DNA of 64,000 nucleotides from Rhabdothermincola salaria (GCF_021246445.1 NZ_JAJQXW010000005.1:186001-250000); one strand, 5' to 3'; positions 51,878-62,123 are shown, numbered from the stretch's first letter. A program made the numbers and translations. The notes: a model not told the origin generated them from the letters alone.

Positions 51878-52885
51878 TCAGGCGCCGGCGCCGGCGCCGA
51901 CGCCGGCCAGCCCCCACACCTCGGCCAGCAGGCGGACCGAGTGGAGCCGGGCGTCGAGCGTCGGGGCCTGGTGGACGACCATGAGCTCGTCGGCCCGGGC
52001 GTGCTCGGTGAAGGCCTCGAGCTGCTCCTTGACCTGGGCGGGGGTCCCCACCGCCGTGTAGCGCATCATCTCCTGCAGCTGGCGGCCCTGCGGGGAGGCC
52101 AGGATGGCGTCGGCTTCGTCGTCGGTGAAGGTGCGTCCGCGACCGAAGAACAGCGAGAGACGGCTGCGGGCGACCACCTGGCGCTGGGCCGCGGCCTCGG
52201 CCTCGCTGTCGGCGCAGAAGACGTTGATGCCGGCGATCACATGGGGCTCGGCCAGCTGGTCGGAGGGCCGGAAGTCGCGGCGGTAGACGGCGACCGCCTC
52301 CTCCAGGGCCGCAGGCGCGAAGTGCGACGCGAAGCCGTACGGCAGCCCGAGGGCGGCCGCCAGGGTGGCCCCGAACAGCGAGGACCCGAGGATGTAGATG
52401 GGGACCTTGGTGCCCTGGCCGGGGACGGCCTCGACGCCCGGCACCCGGCTCTCGTCGCCGAGGTACCCCTGCAGCTCCTGGACGTCGCGGGGGAAGGAGT
52501 CGGCCGACGTATGGTCGCGGCGTAGGGCCCGCATGGTCACCTGGTCGGTGCCGGGGGCCCGACCGAGCCCCAGGTCGATACGGCCGGGGTGCAGGGTCTC
52601 GAGGGTGCCGAACTGCTCGGCGATGGTGAGCGGTGAGTGGTTCGGCAGCATGATCCCGCCCGAACCCAGCCGGATCCGCTCGGTGTGGGCGGCCACGTGG
52701 GCGATCACCACGCTGGTGGCCGACGAGGCGATGGCCTTCATGTTGTGGTGCTCGGCGTACCAGACCCGCTCGTAGCCGCAGCGTTCGGCCTCCTGGGCCA
52801 GGGCCACGCTGCCGGCCAACCCGTCTCTCGGGGTCTGGCCCTTGCCGACGAAGGCCAGGTCGAGGAGGGAGAGGGGGACTGCCAC
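51878..52885 (-). CDS. LLM-class flavin-dependent oxidoreductase
   Basis: [29 protein letters not shown]. Confidence 0.93.
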   Translation of the reverse strand: MAVPLSLLDLAFVGKGQTPRDGLAGSVALAQEAERCGYERVWYAEHHNMKAIASSATSVVIAHVAAHTERIRLGSGGIMLPNHSPLTIAEQFGTLETLHPGRIDLGLGRAPGTDQVTMRALRRDHTSADSFPRDVQELQGYLGDESRVPGVEAVPGQGTKVPIYILGSSLFGATLAAALGLPYGFASHFAPAALEEAVAVYRRDFRPSDQLAEPHVIAGINVFCADSEAEAAAQRQVVARSRLSLFFGRGRTFTDDEADAILASPQGRQLQEMMRYTAVGTPAQVKEQLEAFTEHARADELMVVHQAPTLDARLHSVRLLAEVWGLAGVGAGAGA

Positions 52886-53119
52886 GGGAAGGACCTCTGC
52901 GTAGTGGTGGTCGGGTTCGACGCGCGCTCGGGGGTGCGGATCCGAGGCTACCGGCGGCCGTTGCGGCATCCGCCGGTCGCCTCGATCGCCATGAGCCGGC
53001 GGCGGCGAGGGGCCAGCCGTCGGTGGGAGCTTGTGCTCCTCTCGCCTGACCCGGCCGGTCATCCGCACGGATGCAGCCTGCCAGGCCACGACCGGGGGCG
53101 GGTCCCTCGGACGGGGGGG

Positions 53120-53872
53120 TCAGAGGTCGCGTCCCAGCAAGCTGAAGGTCTGGCCGCTGGGGCCGTCGTCGGGGAGGCCGGCCAGGAAGAGGGCCAGGGG
53201 GACCACGTCGTCGGGCGTCTTGTGCCAGTCGAGGCGGACCCCGGCGGGGAGGCCGGGTGCATCGGTGATGCCGGCGGCCATGGTGGTGTGGACCGGCCCG
53301 GGCACGAGCTCGTTGACGGCGATGCGCGCCTCGCGCCACTCGACGGCGAGGCACCGCACGAGCATGGCGGCCGCCGCCTTGGACACCGAGTAGCCCGCCG
53401 CGCCCGGGAAGGGCTGGCGCCCGGCCCCCGATCCCATGACCACGAACTTCCCTCCCCGTTCGCCCAGGTGGGGTTCGGCGAGGCGGGCCAGGGCGTGCAC
53501 GCTCACGAGGTTCACGGCGAGCACGTCGGCGAAGTCGTCGATGGGGGAGCCGGGCCGTCGGGCCGTGACGGTGCCGGCGTTGGCGACCACCAGATCGAGA
53601 CGGGACCAGGTCTCGACGGTGGTGTCGACCAGGGCCGCCAGGGCCTCGGGGTCGGCGACGTCGGTCGGCACCGCCCGGGCCGTGCCCCCCGAGGCCTCGA
53701 TCTCGGCCACGACGCCGTCGATCTCCGACCGGGTGCGGGCCGCCACGACCACGGAGGCCCCGGCGGCCGCGTAGGCCTGGGCGATGGCTCGGCCGATGCC
53801 GCGACCGGAGCCGGTCACGATGGCCACCTTGCCGCTGAGGTCCACGTCGATGCCGGGCTGGGCGAGGGTCAT
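53120..53872 (-). CDS. Short-chain dehydrogenase/reductase
   Basis: TGSGRGIG, ANAG, YSVSK. Confidence 0.92.
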   Translation of the reverse strand: MTLAQPGIDVDLSGKVAIVTGSGRGIGRAIAQAYAAAGASVVVAARTRSEIDGVVAEIEASGGTARAVPTDVADPEALAALVDTTVETWSRLDLVVANAGTVTARRPGSPIDDFADVLAVNLVSVHALARLAEPHLGERGGKFVVMGSGAGRQPFPGAAGYSVSKAAAAMLVRCLAVEWREARIAVNELVPGPVHTTMAAGITDAPGLPAGVRLDWHKTPDDVVPLALFLAGLPDDGPSGQTFSLLGRDL

Positions 53873-53972
53873 GGTCGCTCCTCCTCGACGGCGCCGGTCG
53901 CCGTCACCGGGGGCACGCTCCCACACACGGCGCGGTCACCGGCGGCCAGGCCCGGCCGGGCGGCTGCGCTGC

Positions 53973-55601
53973 TCAGCAGGTGGCGGTGGTGCCGGGTGCC
54001 GTGGCGGTCGCCGCCGACACGCCGTCGACGTAGAGATCGACCCGGTACTCCACCGGCGCGCAGGCACGTGGCGTGCTCAAGGTGATGCCCTGCCCGTCGG
54101 TGGGCAGGCCCACGTAGAAGAGCTCGGAGGGCTGGATCCACGATGCGCCGGGAGCGGGCCGCTCGTAGATGGCGATGATGACCTGGTCGTCGTCCCCGAC
54201 GCCGGCGATGTCGAGCTCGACGGTGGTGCGGTCGTCGGCGAAGGCGAGGGTCTCGATCGTGACCGATGCGTCGGGCGGCGGTGTTCCGGCCGGCGCGAGG
54301 TCGACGCCGGGGGTCTGGTCGGCTCGGGCTTCGGCGACGAAGCGCATGCTGCGGGCCCGGAACTCCTCGACGAGGTCGGTCTGCTCGGGTGCGCGGTCCT
54401 CGACCCACTCGAGGGCGGTGAGGTACTGGGCCGCCAGAGCACGATCGACGTCGGAACCGGCGAGGGGTGCCATGAACTCGAGGGCTCGGCGGAGCCATTC
54501 TTCGGCCGTGGCCGCATCGCCCTCGGCGATGGCCACCGCCGAGCGGGTGAGGGCCAGGCCGGGTGTGCGCTGGTTCTCCCCGATGGCCAGCTCGAGCAGC
54601 TCCGCGGTGCGGGCCCAGTCGGCGCCGACGAGGGTGGCGAGGGCGGCGGTGGCCACGGTCGTGGGGTCCTCGTCGCCGCCTTCGCGAAGCGCCACCTCGA
54701 GCTGGGCGGCCGTGGTCCGCAGCAGGTCGGGGTCGTTGTCGGTGATGGCGAACGTGCGAAGGAGGTCCGGATTGGCCTCCACCAGCGTGGACAGGCCGAG
54801 GCCCCGGTGGGCGATCTGGTAGCCGTCGTCGGCGGTCACGGCGTCGGCGAACGCCGCCACGGCATCCGTCGCCCGGCCCTCGTCGAGCGCGACCTGGCCC
54901 GTGGCGCTGGAGGTGATGGCCTCGGGGGCGACGTCGGGGATGGGCTTGAGGTAGATCTGGATCGCCCAGCCGAAGCAGAACACCGCCAGGATCATGCCGG
55001 GCACCACGAACGGGGGTCGCAGGCCCCGCGACACCACCATGGTGAAGCCGACGAGGAAGATGGCCACCGCCAGCGTCGTCAGCACCGTCTCGTACTGCGA
55101 GGCCCGGTTGTTCCAGGTGATCCGTTCGGCGACCAGCTGCTTGTGCTCGAGGGCGAGAGCACGAGCCTCCTCGCTGATCTCGGTGGCGCGGACGGCGTCG
55201 CCGGTGAGCGCGCGCTCGACGACGGCGGTGGCCTCCTCGACCCGGCCTTGCTCGGCGTCGGGGTCGAGGGTGATGGCCCCCTCCTCGGCGGCGATCTCGG
55301 GCAGGCGGAAGCCGGGCCGGGACGCGAAGACCTTCATCTCGGCCTCTGTCTGATCGATGCCGGCCTTCACGCCCTGGTCGACGACGGCGGCCGTCTGGGA
55401 CTCCGAGGCGAGGCGGGTGGCTTGGCGCGTCGTGCGCGACTCGTTGGTCCCCGCGTCGGTGGCCAGCACCGCGATCCACCCACCGAGCAGGGCGAGGACG
55501 GCGAGGGTGATGCCCACCCCGCGCCGGTAGCGCGCCTCGGTGCGGTCGTGGACCTCGGGCTCCTGGGCCGCCGAGTCGGTGGGGTCCGGTGGCGTCGCCA
55601 T
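53973..55601 (-). CDS. Hypothetical membrane protein with TPR-like helical region and C-terminal beta-rich domain
   Basis: TM, helical loop, two TM, TPR-like repeats, then RACAPVEYRVDLYVDG..ATC. Confidence 0.7.
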   Translation of the reverse strand: MATPPDPTDSAAQEPEVHDRTEARYRRGVGITLAVLALLGGWIAVLATDAGTNESRTTRQATRLASESQTAAVVDQGVKAGIDQTEAEMKVFASRPGFRLPEIAAEEGAITLDPDAEQGRVEEATAVVERALTGDAVRATEISEEARALALEHKQLVAERITWNNRASQYETVLTTLAVAIFLVGFTMVVSRGLRPPFVVPGMILAVFCFGWAIQIYLKPIPDVAPEAITSSATGQVALDEGRATDAVAAFADAVTADDGYQIAHRGLGLSTLVEANPDLLRTFAITDNDPDLLRTTAAQLEVALREGGDEDPTTVATAALATLVGADWARTAELLELAIGENQRTPGLALTRSAVAIAEGDAATAEEWLRRALEFMAPLAGSDVDRALAAQYLTALEWVEDRAPEQTDLVEEFRARSMRFVAEARADQTPGVDLAPAGTPPPDASVTIETLAFADDRTTVELDIAGVGDDDQVIIAIYERPAPGASWIQPSELFYVGLPTDGQGITLSTPRACAPVEYRVDLYVDGVSAATATAPGTTATC

Positions 55602-55602
55602 G

Positions 55603-56337
55603 TCAGAAGACCGTGACCACCGTGGTCACGACGACCGTCAGGGCCAGGGTGGAACCCAGGGCGGTGCCCACGCGGCGGGTGAGCACGCGATCGGTGAGCT
55701 GGGCCGCGGTGTAGAAGACCACCGCGACCAGCAGCAGCAGCGTGGCCCAGCGAAGGTTGCGAACCCGGTCGCGGGTGTCGTCGGCTCGCTCCGCCCAATC
55801 GTCGGGGTTGGGGACGCCCGGCGAGGCGAGCCCGGTGGTCACCTCGGCCTGGAGCACCTCGATCTGTGCGTCGAGGTCGAACGACAGGGGATCGTCCGGA
55901 GCGGCCACGAGTTGGGTCAACAACGTCTGCTCGCCGAACAGCCCGGACGCGTACGCCAGGTCCGAGGCGGCGACCCTCTGCTCGTCGGCCTGGGTGGCGA
56001 AGGTGTCGGCGAGATCGTCGGCGCCCTGGTCCCGGAGGGTCGGGAGCAGCGCGTCGATGGCGTCGGCCTCGGCGTAGGCGGCCACGTAGCGGACGTAGGC
56101 CACGGCATCGGTGATGGCCGCCAGGGCGACCTCGGTCGCCTGCTGTTGCTGGACGATCGTCTGGCCCACCGACTGACGATCCTCGTACGCAGCCGTCGAG
56201 CCGAGCTGGCCGGCCCGCCACGTGAAGATGCCGGCGATGATCGTGATGACCCCGATCAGCAGCGGTAGGAGCCAGATCGGGATGTACCGGCGCGGAGGAT
56301 CCGCCGGGCGGTCCTGTCCTGGGTCGTCCGCGGTCAT
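55603..56337 (-). CDS. Hypothetical 3-TM membrane protein (DUF4337-like layout)
   Basis: TM, about 130-aa helical loop, two TM; stop 1 nt before the next start. Confidence 0.7.
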   Translation of the reverse strand: MTADDPGQDRPADPPRRYIPIWLLPLLIGVITIIAGIFTWRAGQLGSTAAYEDRQSVGQTIVQQQQATEVALAAITDAVAYVRYVAAYAEADAIDALLPTLRDQGADDLADTFATQADEQRVAASDLAYASGLFGEQTLLTQLVAAPDDPLSFDLDAQIEVLQAEVTTGLASPGVPNPDDWAERADDTRDRVRNLRWATLLLLVAVVFYTAAQLTDRVLTRRVGTALGSTLALTVVVTTVVTVF

Positions 56338-56482
56338 CTGGGGTGGGGGGAGCCTTCCTCGTGCCGACCGGGCGCGCGGCGCCGGCCGTCTCGGCGGGGA
56401 GCACCCAGCACGATACGTGGTGCACGCCCCGGGGTCCGGCCATCGGCTCGTCGTGGCGGTCGGGTGTGCCCCGACGGATTCG

Positions 56483-58573
56483 TCACGGCTGGGGCGGGCG
56501 CGGCGGTGCGCTGGCCGCGAGGCGGACCGGGACCCCCGACTGCAGCACCATGCCGGTGAGGGGGTCGACGGCCTCGTCGGCGCTGGTCAGCGAGCTCACG
56601 TTCGGATCGTCCCAGCCGTGGGCCACCGTCACCGCGTCGGGATGGAGACGACCGTCGGCTCGGAGGGTGCCGGTCAGCTGGCCCCATGGCGAGGTCACCG
56701 TCACGCCGGTGCCGTCGGGTCCGATCGGGGTGGCGGCGCTCGGGTGAGCCATGACGAGCACCACCTCGGTGCGACCACCCGGGGCCGCCACGTCACGCAG
56801 CTGCGAGTTCATGGTGCGCAGCTGGCGGTGGGGCACGAGGACGAGCCCGGGGGCGTGATGGGAGCGGGCCTCGGCCAGAGCCTCCTGGAGCTGGCCGAGC
56901 AGCACCTCGGGGGCCAGACGCCACCTCCCGTCGGGGAGGACCTTCTCGTGGACCCAACCGAACACGGCCCCCGAGGCGACGATGCCCGAGCGGGCACCCC
57001 GCATCGCCTCGGCCCCCACGGCGCTGCGGGCGAGCAACGGCTCGAGCAGGTCCTCGTCGGTCGCGTCCGCCACCGTCAGCCCCCGGGGGAGGGCGCTGAA
57101 CCCGAGGTGTTCGGCCACCGTCCCCAGCGACCACCACACGGGCCGGCGCTCTGAGGTCGGTGCGACCACCGCCTCGGTGAACTGGCCGGCGACCGCGAGC
57201 TGGTAGGTGTCGAGCAGCCAGGTGGCGTCGGCCCGTTCGAGCTGGTCGACCGCAGGCAGGACGTGCGTGGCCAGCTCGGTGGTCTCCGTGGCCACCACGT
57301 CGAGCACGGCGAGGGTGGGCAGCGAGGCCAGCGCCCGGCGGGTGCGGGCGACGTCGGGGAAGGCCGTCACCGGGTTCCCGCCCACGACGATCAGTGCGCC
57401 CACGTGGCCCGCTTCGATCTCGCTCACCAGCCCGGCGCAGGGCCATTCGCCGAAGCGATGGGGGAGCTCGGGCCGTGACGGCGGGCCGGGGCCCGGCGCG
57501 CCGCTCGACGCCTCCCACTGCCGGGTGTCCAACCGGGAGAGCAGCCCGGGGTTGAACCACATGCCGCCGGGTCGGTCGTAGGAGTCGGTGACCACGTGGA
57601 GGGCCCAGAGGAGGTGCTCGGTCACGTTGGCCGTGGCCGCCATCGAGGTGCCGGTGCCCGTGAGCGCGCTCACCCGCCCCGCCTCTCGCACGGCGGCCAG
57701 GAGCCCGGCGAGATCCTCCGCGGCCAGGCCGGTGGCCCCGGAGACCAGCCCGTCCTCGAAGCCGACGAGCGCAGCGGCGAGCTCGGCGATGCCCGCGGCC
57801 CGGCGTTCCGCGTCCGCCCGCACCTCCGCGTCGTCCAGGAGCCTCCGCACCAGCCACCCCAGGACGAGCCAGTCGGTGCCGGGTCGCACCTGCAGGTGGT
57901 GGTCGGCCTGTGCCGCGGTCTCCGTGCGGCGGGGGTCCACCACCCACAGCCGGCCCCCGCGCGATCGGTGCTCCCGCAAGCGGTTCACCGGGTCGGGGAT
58001 GGCGTTGGAGTGGCCGTGGGAGACGATCGGGTTGCTGCCGAAGAGCACCAGGAGCCGGCTGCGCTCGTGGTCCCACACGGGGGTCAGCCCGCTCCATCCA
58101 CCGACCAGCTCGGCCACGAGGGGCTTGCATGGCGTGTCGATGGTGGTGGCGGTGTACTTCTGGCGCGAACCGAGGGCGCCGAGGAAGCGTTCGGCGGCCC
58201 GCCGCCCGGCGCTGTCGAAGGCCGACCCGCTGGCCAGGTACATGGCCACGCCGTCGGGGCCGTGCTCGTCCACGGTGGCGGTGATGCGGGCGGTCAGGTC
58301 GTCGAGGAGCGCGTCCCAGCCGACCGCCTGGCGGGCGGAGCCCCTGCCCACCTCGGGGCGGTCGAGCCGCTGCGGGCTGTGGTGCAGCGCCGGGAGGGCC
58401 CGGCCCTTGGGGCAGCTGTAGCCGCGTGAGAGGGCGTGCTCGGGGTCGCCTCGCACCTCGAGCACGCGGTCGCCCTCGGTGCGCACGACGACACCGCACA
58501 TGGCGTTGCAGATCCGACAGAACGTGCGGTGTTCGTCGGGGGCCACGTCGCCGTCGCCATCGTCGACCGTCAT
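56483..58573 (-). CDS. Molybdopterin-dependent oxidoreductase
   Basis: CRICNAMCG..CPKG Fe-S motif, GSNPIVSHG, VDPRRTETA, C-terminal dinucleotide-binding domain. Confidence 0.92.
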   Translation of the reverse strand: MTVDDGDGDVAPDEHRTFCRICNAMCGVVVRTEGDRVLEVRGDPEHALSRGYSCPKGRALPALHHSPQRLDRPEVGRGSARQAVGWDALLDDLTARITATVDEHGPDGVAMYLASGSAFDSAGRRAAERFLGALGSRQKYTATTIDTPCKPLVAELVGGWSGLTPVWDHERSRLLVLFGSNPIVSHGHSNAIPDPVNRLREHRSRGGRLWVVDPRRTETAAQADHHLQVRPGTDWLVLGWLVRRLLDDAEVRADAERRAAGIAELAAALVGFEDGLVSGATGLAAEDLAGLLAAVREAGRVSALTGTGTSMAATANVTEHLLWALHVVTDSYDRPGGMWFNPGLLSRLDTRQWEASSGAPGPGPPSRPELPHRFGEWPCAGLVSEIEAGHVGALIVVGGNPVTAFPDVARTRRALASLPTLAVLDVVATETTELATHVLPAVDQLERADATWLLDTYQLAVAGQFTEAVVAPTSERRPVWWSLGTVAEHLGFSALPRGLTVADATDEDLLEPLLARSAVGAEAMRGARSGIVASGAVFGWVHEKVLPDGRWRLAPEVLLGQLQEALAEARSHHAPGLVLVPHRQLRTMNSQLRDVAAPGGRTEVVLVMAHPSAATPIGPDGTGVTVTSPWGQLTGTLRADGRLHPDAVTVAHGWDDPNVSSLTSADEAVDPLTGMVLQSGVPVRLAASAPPRPPQP

Positions 58574-58622
58574 CCGGGCAGTGTCGCGCGAGGCGGCTCC
58601 TGGGCCCGCTCGTGACGTGCGC

Positions 58623-60017
58623 TCAGGTGCTGTCGTTGACCTCGAGCGCCACGGGGTGCCGGACCACGAGGCGGAAGCGGCCGCGCCCGGTCTTCTCGAT
58701 GCGCACCGGCGCCGAGCGCTCGTCGAGGCGGCGCTTCAACAAGATGAGCCGACTCTCGAGGTTGTCGCGGAGCTCGGGGAGCTCGAGCGACGGGTCGAGG
58801 CGCACCTCCTTGTTGGTGAACTCGGTGCGCCCGTCGCGTTCGTGGCTGCGCAGCAGAGAGCACAGGACGCGTCCGGCAACGCCCTTGATGAGGTACTCGC
58901 CGTCCACGAACACGCTGCCGTCGGCGGCGTAGGTCCGGACCACCGAGACGGGGGTGCCCGAGGCGCCCGGGGCCGGTCGGTTCGCGGCGGAGGGGCGACT
59001 CGGGGACTCCGGGTGGTCCCGGGCCTCCGCTCGGGCGGCCTCGATGCCGGCGGCGACCACGGCGGCAACGACCGCCAGGGCGGCCTCGTCGGCCGGACCG
59101 AACGCCACCTTGTCGCGGCTCTCGACGGCCAGCACCCCGACGAGCTGGCCGAGCACCTGCAGCGGGACGGCCAGCTGGCTCTCGGCGTCGTCGAGCACGG
59201 GCAGGGGCACGATCGGTCCGCTCAGGTCCTCACCCTTCGCCTCGAAGGAGCGTCGGACCGTGCGGGCGTACTTGCCCATCTGCCCCAGGTTCCCGATGCG
59301 GACCGGTGCGCATCGTTGACCGGCCAGGCCGATGGTGCCCTCCCCCAGGGCCAGCTCCGAACCCACGCCTTCGTCGGGGTAGCCGTGGCTGGCGATGGTG
59401 TAGAGCTGCTCGCCTTCTTCGTCGTGGAGGGCCAGGACGACGTGGTCGTAGCCGAGCACCGCCGACAGGCCTCCCACGGTGGCGTCGACCAGCGCATCGA
59501 GGTCGCCACACCGGGCCAGCCGCCCGGTGAGCTCGGCGACGGCGCCGAGCTCGACCTCGGCGAGCGGCGCGGGTTCGGGGCAGGCGCCCTCGACCAGGTG
59601 CACGGCGGCGGGCACGTGCTCCACGGCGACCACCCGGTAGATGTCGGCCGCACGGAGACGGAACACGTCCTGCATGCCGCTGAGCGCGGCGATGGTGTCG
59701 ACGTCCTCCCGGAGCCGGTCGAACACCGGTCCCCGCCGGTCGGTTCGCTCGTAGACGAGGGCGAGGCGGTACTCGTCGTAGTTGCGGGGGTCGAGCACCA
59801 GCACGCTGGCATGGGGGTTCTCGGCCAGGTTGCGGGCGGTCTTGGAGAGGAACTGGTTGGACAGCGCCACCCGCTCGCCGTCGACCATCCGCACCCGCGA
59901 CAGGTAGGTGACGTTCGGTGTCCCGTCGGCCGCGGCGGTAGCGATCACTGCGGGGACCCCGCCCTCGAAGCAGATCGCCAGATCGGCGAGGGAGACGTCT
60001 CTCGACGGGGTGCTCAC
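58623..60017 (-). CDS. PNPOx-like + GAF + winged-HTH putative transcriptional regulator
   Basis: IATAAADGTPNVTYLS..NQFLSKTARNL; GEGTIGLAG..SQLAVPL..GVLAVES; DNLESRLILLKRRL..TGRGRFRL; GTGA overlap. Confidence 0.82.
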   Translation of the reverse strand: MSTPSRDVSLADLAICFEGGVPAVIATAAADGTPNVTYLSRVRMVDGERVALSNQFLSKTARNLAENPHASVLVLDPRNYDEYRLALVYERTDRRGPVFDRLREDVDTIAALSGMQDVFRLRAADIYRVVAVEHVPAAVHLVEGACPEPAPLAEVELGAVAELTGRLARCGDLDALVDATVGGLSAVLGYDHVVLALHDEEGEQLYTIASHGYPDEGVGSELALGEGTIGLAGQRCAPVRIGNLGQMGKYARTVRRSFEAKGEDLSGPIVPLPVLDDAESQLAVPLQVLGQLVGVLAVESRDKVAFGPADEAALAVVAAVVAAGIEAARAEARDHPESPSRPSAANRPAPGASGTPVSVVRTYAADGSVFVDGEYLIKGVAGRVLCSLLRSHERDGRTEFTNKEVRLDPSLELPELRDNLESRLILLKRRLDERSAPVRIEKTGRGRFRLVVRHPVALEVNDST

Positions 60018-60487
60018 GAGCGCACCGGGGACAGCGGCGAACCGGCGTCGGGACCCGGGGTCTGGTCGAAGCGATCCTCGACCGCGACCGTGCAGGCGAC
60101 GATCGCTCGTGGGCGCCAACGCTCGAGGATCGGCCGAGCGGCTCCGTCGGCGGTCTCGATGTCGGCGAACAGCGCGTCGATGTAGGCCTCCGCCGTGGTG
60201 AAGTCGGCCGGCCCGGCGGGTTCGATGCCGAGCGAGCGACCCTTGAGCTGCACCGACCGGAGCGTGGGGACGTCGGCCGCGGTCACCGCGACGGCTCCAC
60301 CATCGCCCAGCTGCCGGCACAACGCGTGGTCGTCGCCGCTCACCAGGAGCCGCAGGCGGTCGGGGTCGTCGTCGAGCACGACGAGGCCCCAGCCGCGGCC
60401 CGCGTGGGGAAGGCCGTCGGGGCCGACCGTGGCCACGATGAGCGCTGCGCCGCCCTCGAGCAACGCCCTGGTGTCGGGGTCGAACAC
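60014..60487 (-). CDS. Pyridoxamine 5'-phosphate oxidase-family (split-barrel) protein
   Basis: VATVGPDGLPHAGRGWG, SVQLKG, FDQTPGPDAG. Confidence 0.85.
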   Translation of the reverse strand: MFDPDTRALLEGGAALIVATVGPDGLPHAGRGWGLVVLDDDPDRLRLLVSGDDHALCRQLGDGGAVAVTAADVPTLRSVQLKGRSLGIEPAGPADFTTAEAYIDALFADIETADGAARPILERWRPRAIVACTVAVEDRFDQTPGPDAGSPLSPVRS

Positions 60488-60661
60488 GGCGCGTCGGGCC
60501 TTTCGTCGGTTGAGTGAGCGACCGAGTAGCGATCGTGGGCTTTTCTTAGCATTTCGCGCCGGATCTCTGAGCAACGCCGCACGCGCCGAACCCTCACGAT
60601 GGCTCCGACGAACCCCGGCACCGGCCACCCCGGCGGTGTCGACACCTCGAAGGAGACCACC

Positions 60662-61384
60662 ATGACCATCACCGCATCCCCGTCGGCGACCGCCGTCCCC
60701 GCCCCGTCGGACCTGGCGCCGATCGTCGTCGACCTGTACCGCGACATCCACAAGGGGATCCGTGCCGAGCTGTTCGCGGCCACCCTCGACGCCGGTCGGG
60801 CCGATCCCGCCGACGACGCCGGCCGGACCGCACTCGATGCCCAGGTGAACGACCTCGTGCGCTTCCTCGGGCAACACGCCGAGCACGAGGACGGCGCCAT
60901 CCAGCCGGTGCTCGAGATCGAGCTCCCGGACCTGGCCGAGCGGGTGGCGCGAGAGCACGTCGGCCTCGAGGGCCGCATGGTTCGCCTGGCCGAGATCGCC
61001 CAGGTGGCCCGGGTGGCCCCCGACCACCACCAGCGCCTCCGGGTGCACCAGCTCCACGTGGAGCTGGCCGCCTTCACCTCCGAGTACCTGGCCCACCAGG
61101 ACCTCGAGGAGCGGGTCGTCATGCCGGCCCTCGAGCAGGCCGTCGGGGCGGAGGCGGTGGTGGCCATCCACGCGGCCATCGTGGGCCCGATGCCCCCCGA
61201 GGAGCTCATGGCCAGCCTGGCGGTGATGGTCCCGGCGATGAACGTCGAGGACCGCGTGGAGCTGCTGACCGGCATGCGGGAGAGCGCACCCCCCGAGGCG
61301 TTCGAGGCGGTGCTCGGCCTCGTGCGCAGCGTCCTCGAACCGGCCGGGGCTCGTGCCGTCTCCCGCCGTCTCGGCGTCGCTTGA
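60662..61384 (+). CDS. Hemerythrin-domain protein
   Basis: LYRDIHKGIR, HAEHED, REH, HQDLEE; AAGGAG RBS. Confidence 0.88.
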   Translation: MTITASPSATAVPAPSDLAPIVVDLYRDIHKGIRAELFAATLDAGRADPADDAGRTALDAQVNDLVRFLGQHAEHEDGAIQPVLEIELPDLAERVAREHVGLEGRMVRLAEIAQVARVAPDHHQRLRVHQLHVELAAFTSEYLAHQDLEERVVMPALEQAVGAEAVVAIHAAIVGPMPPEELMASLAVMVPAMNVEDRVELLTGMRESAPPEAFEAVLGLVRSVLEPAGARAVSRRLGVA

Positions 61385-61425
61385 TCCTCGCCGGCAGCGT
61401 CCGGTGACCCCCGGCCAGGCCGGAC

Positions 61426-61455
61426 GGGAACTCCCCAGGGAACTGGGATGTCCCC
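61426..61455. promoter_or_regulatory. Repeated GGGA-N3-CCCC boxes upstream of the cupredoxin gene
   Basis: GGGAACTCCCC, GGGAACT, GGGATGTCCCC, then TACCGT at 61472. Confidence 0.45.
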
Positions 61456-61517
61456 GTGTCCGACCGCTTCGTACCGTCACTTCGACACCCCACCCTTCCC
61501 CCACCGAGGAGATCCTC

Positions 61518-62123
61518 ATGTCCACGACCATCGCTCCCTCTCGTCGCCCCTCTCGCACCCTCTCGGCCCTGGCTGTCGTGGTCCTGCTCGGCCTCGGCGC
61601 CGTGGCGTGCGGTGACGACACGTCCGACGAGGTCGGGGCCGAACCCAGCGGCGAAGCTGCGACCTCGACGACCACCAGCACCGACGGGCGGACCGTCGAG
61701 GTCGTCGCCACCGACTTCGCCTTCGACGGGCTGCCCGAGGAGGTGCCCGTCGGCACCCAGGTCACGCTCGTCAACGACGCGGGCCGTGAGCTCCACGAGT
61801 TGGTGGCGTTCCGCCTCCCCGACGACGAGACCCGCACCGCCGAGGAGCTCATGGCCGATCCCTCGGCCCTGGGCGGTCTGCTCGCCGGGGCCGAGCCGAC
61901 CATGGTGCTGCTGGCCGAGGCCGGCGCGCCCCAGATCGCTGCGGTCGGCGACGGGACCTTCACCGAGCCCGGTCGCTACCTCGTGATCTGCGCCATCCCC
62001 ACCGGCGCCGACCCGGCCGAGTACCTGGCCGCCGCCGCCACCTCCGACGGGCCGCCCCAGGTGGAGGGTGGCGCTCCGCACTTCGCCCACGGGATGTGGG
62101 GCGAGGTCGAGGTCGTGGCCTGA
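61518..62123 (+). CDS. Cupredoxin-like lipoprotein
   Basis: Lipobox AVAC, HEL, PGRYLVIC, PHFAHGM (His/Cys/His/Met). Confidence 0.82.
   Translation: MSTTIAPSRRPSRTLSALAVVVLLGLGAVACGDDTSDEVGAEPSGEAATSTTTSTDGRTVEVVATDFAFDGLPEEVPVGTQVTLVNDAGRELHELVAFRLPDDETRTAEELMADPSALGGLLAGAEPTMVLLAEAGAPQIAAVGDGTFTEPGRYLVICAIPTGADPAEYLAAAATSDGPPQVEGGAPHFAHGMWGEVEVVA

Noticed and set aside
52900..52935. GGTTCGA T-loop-like motif
   Set aside because: No cloverleaf can be built around it
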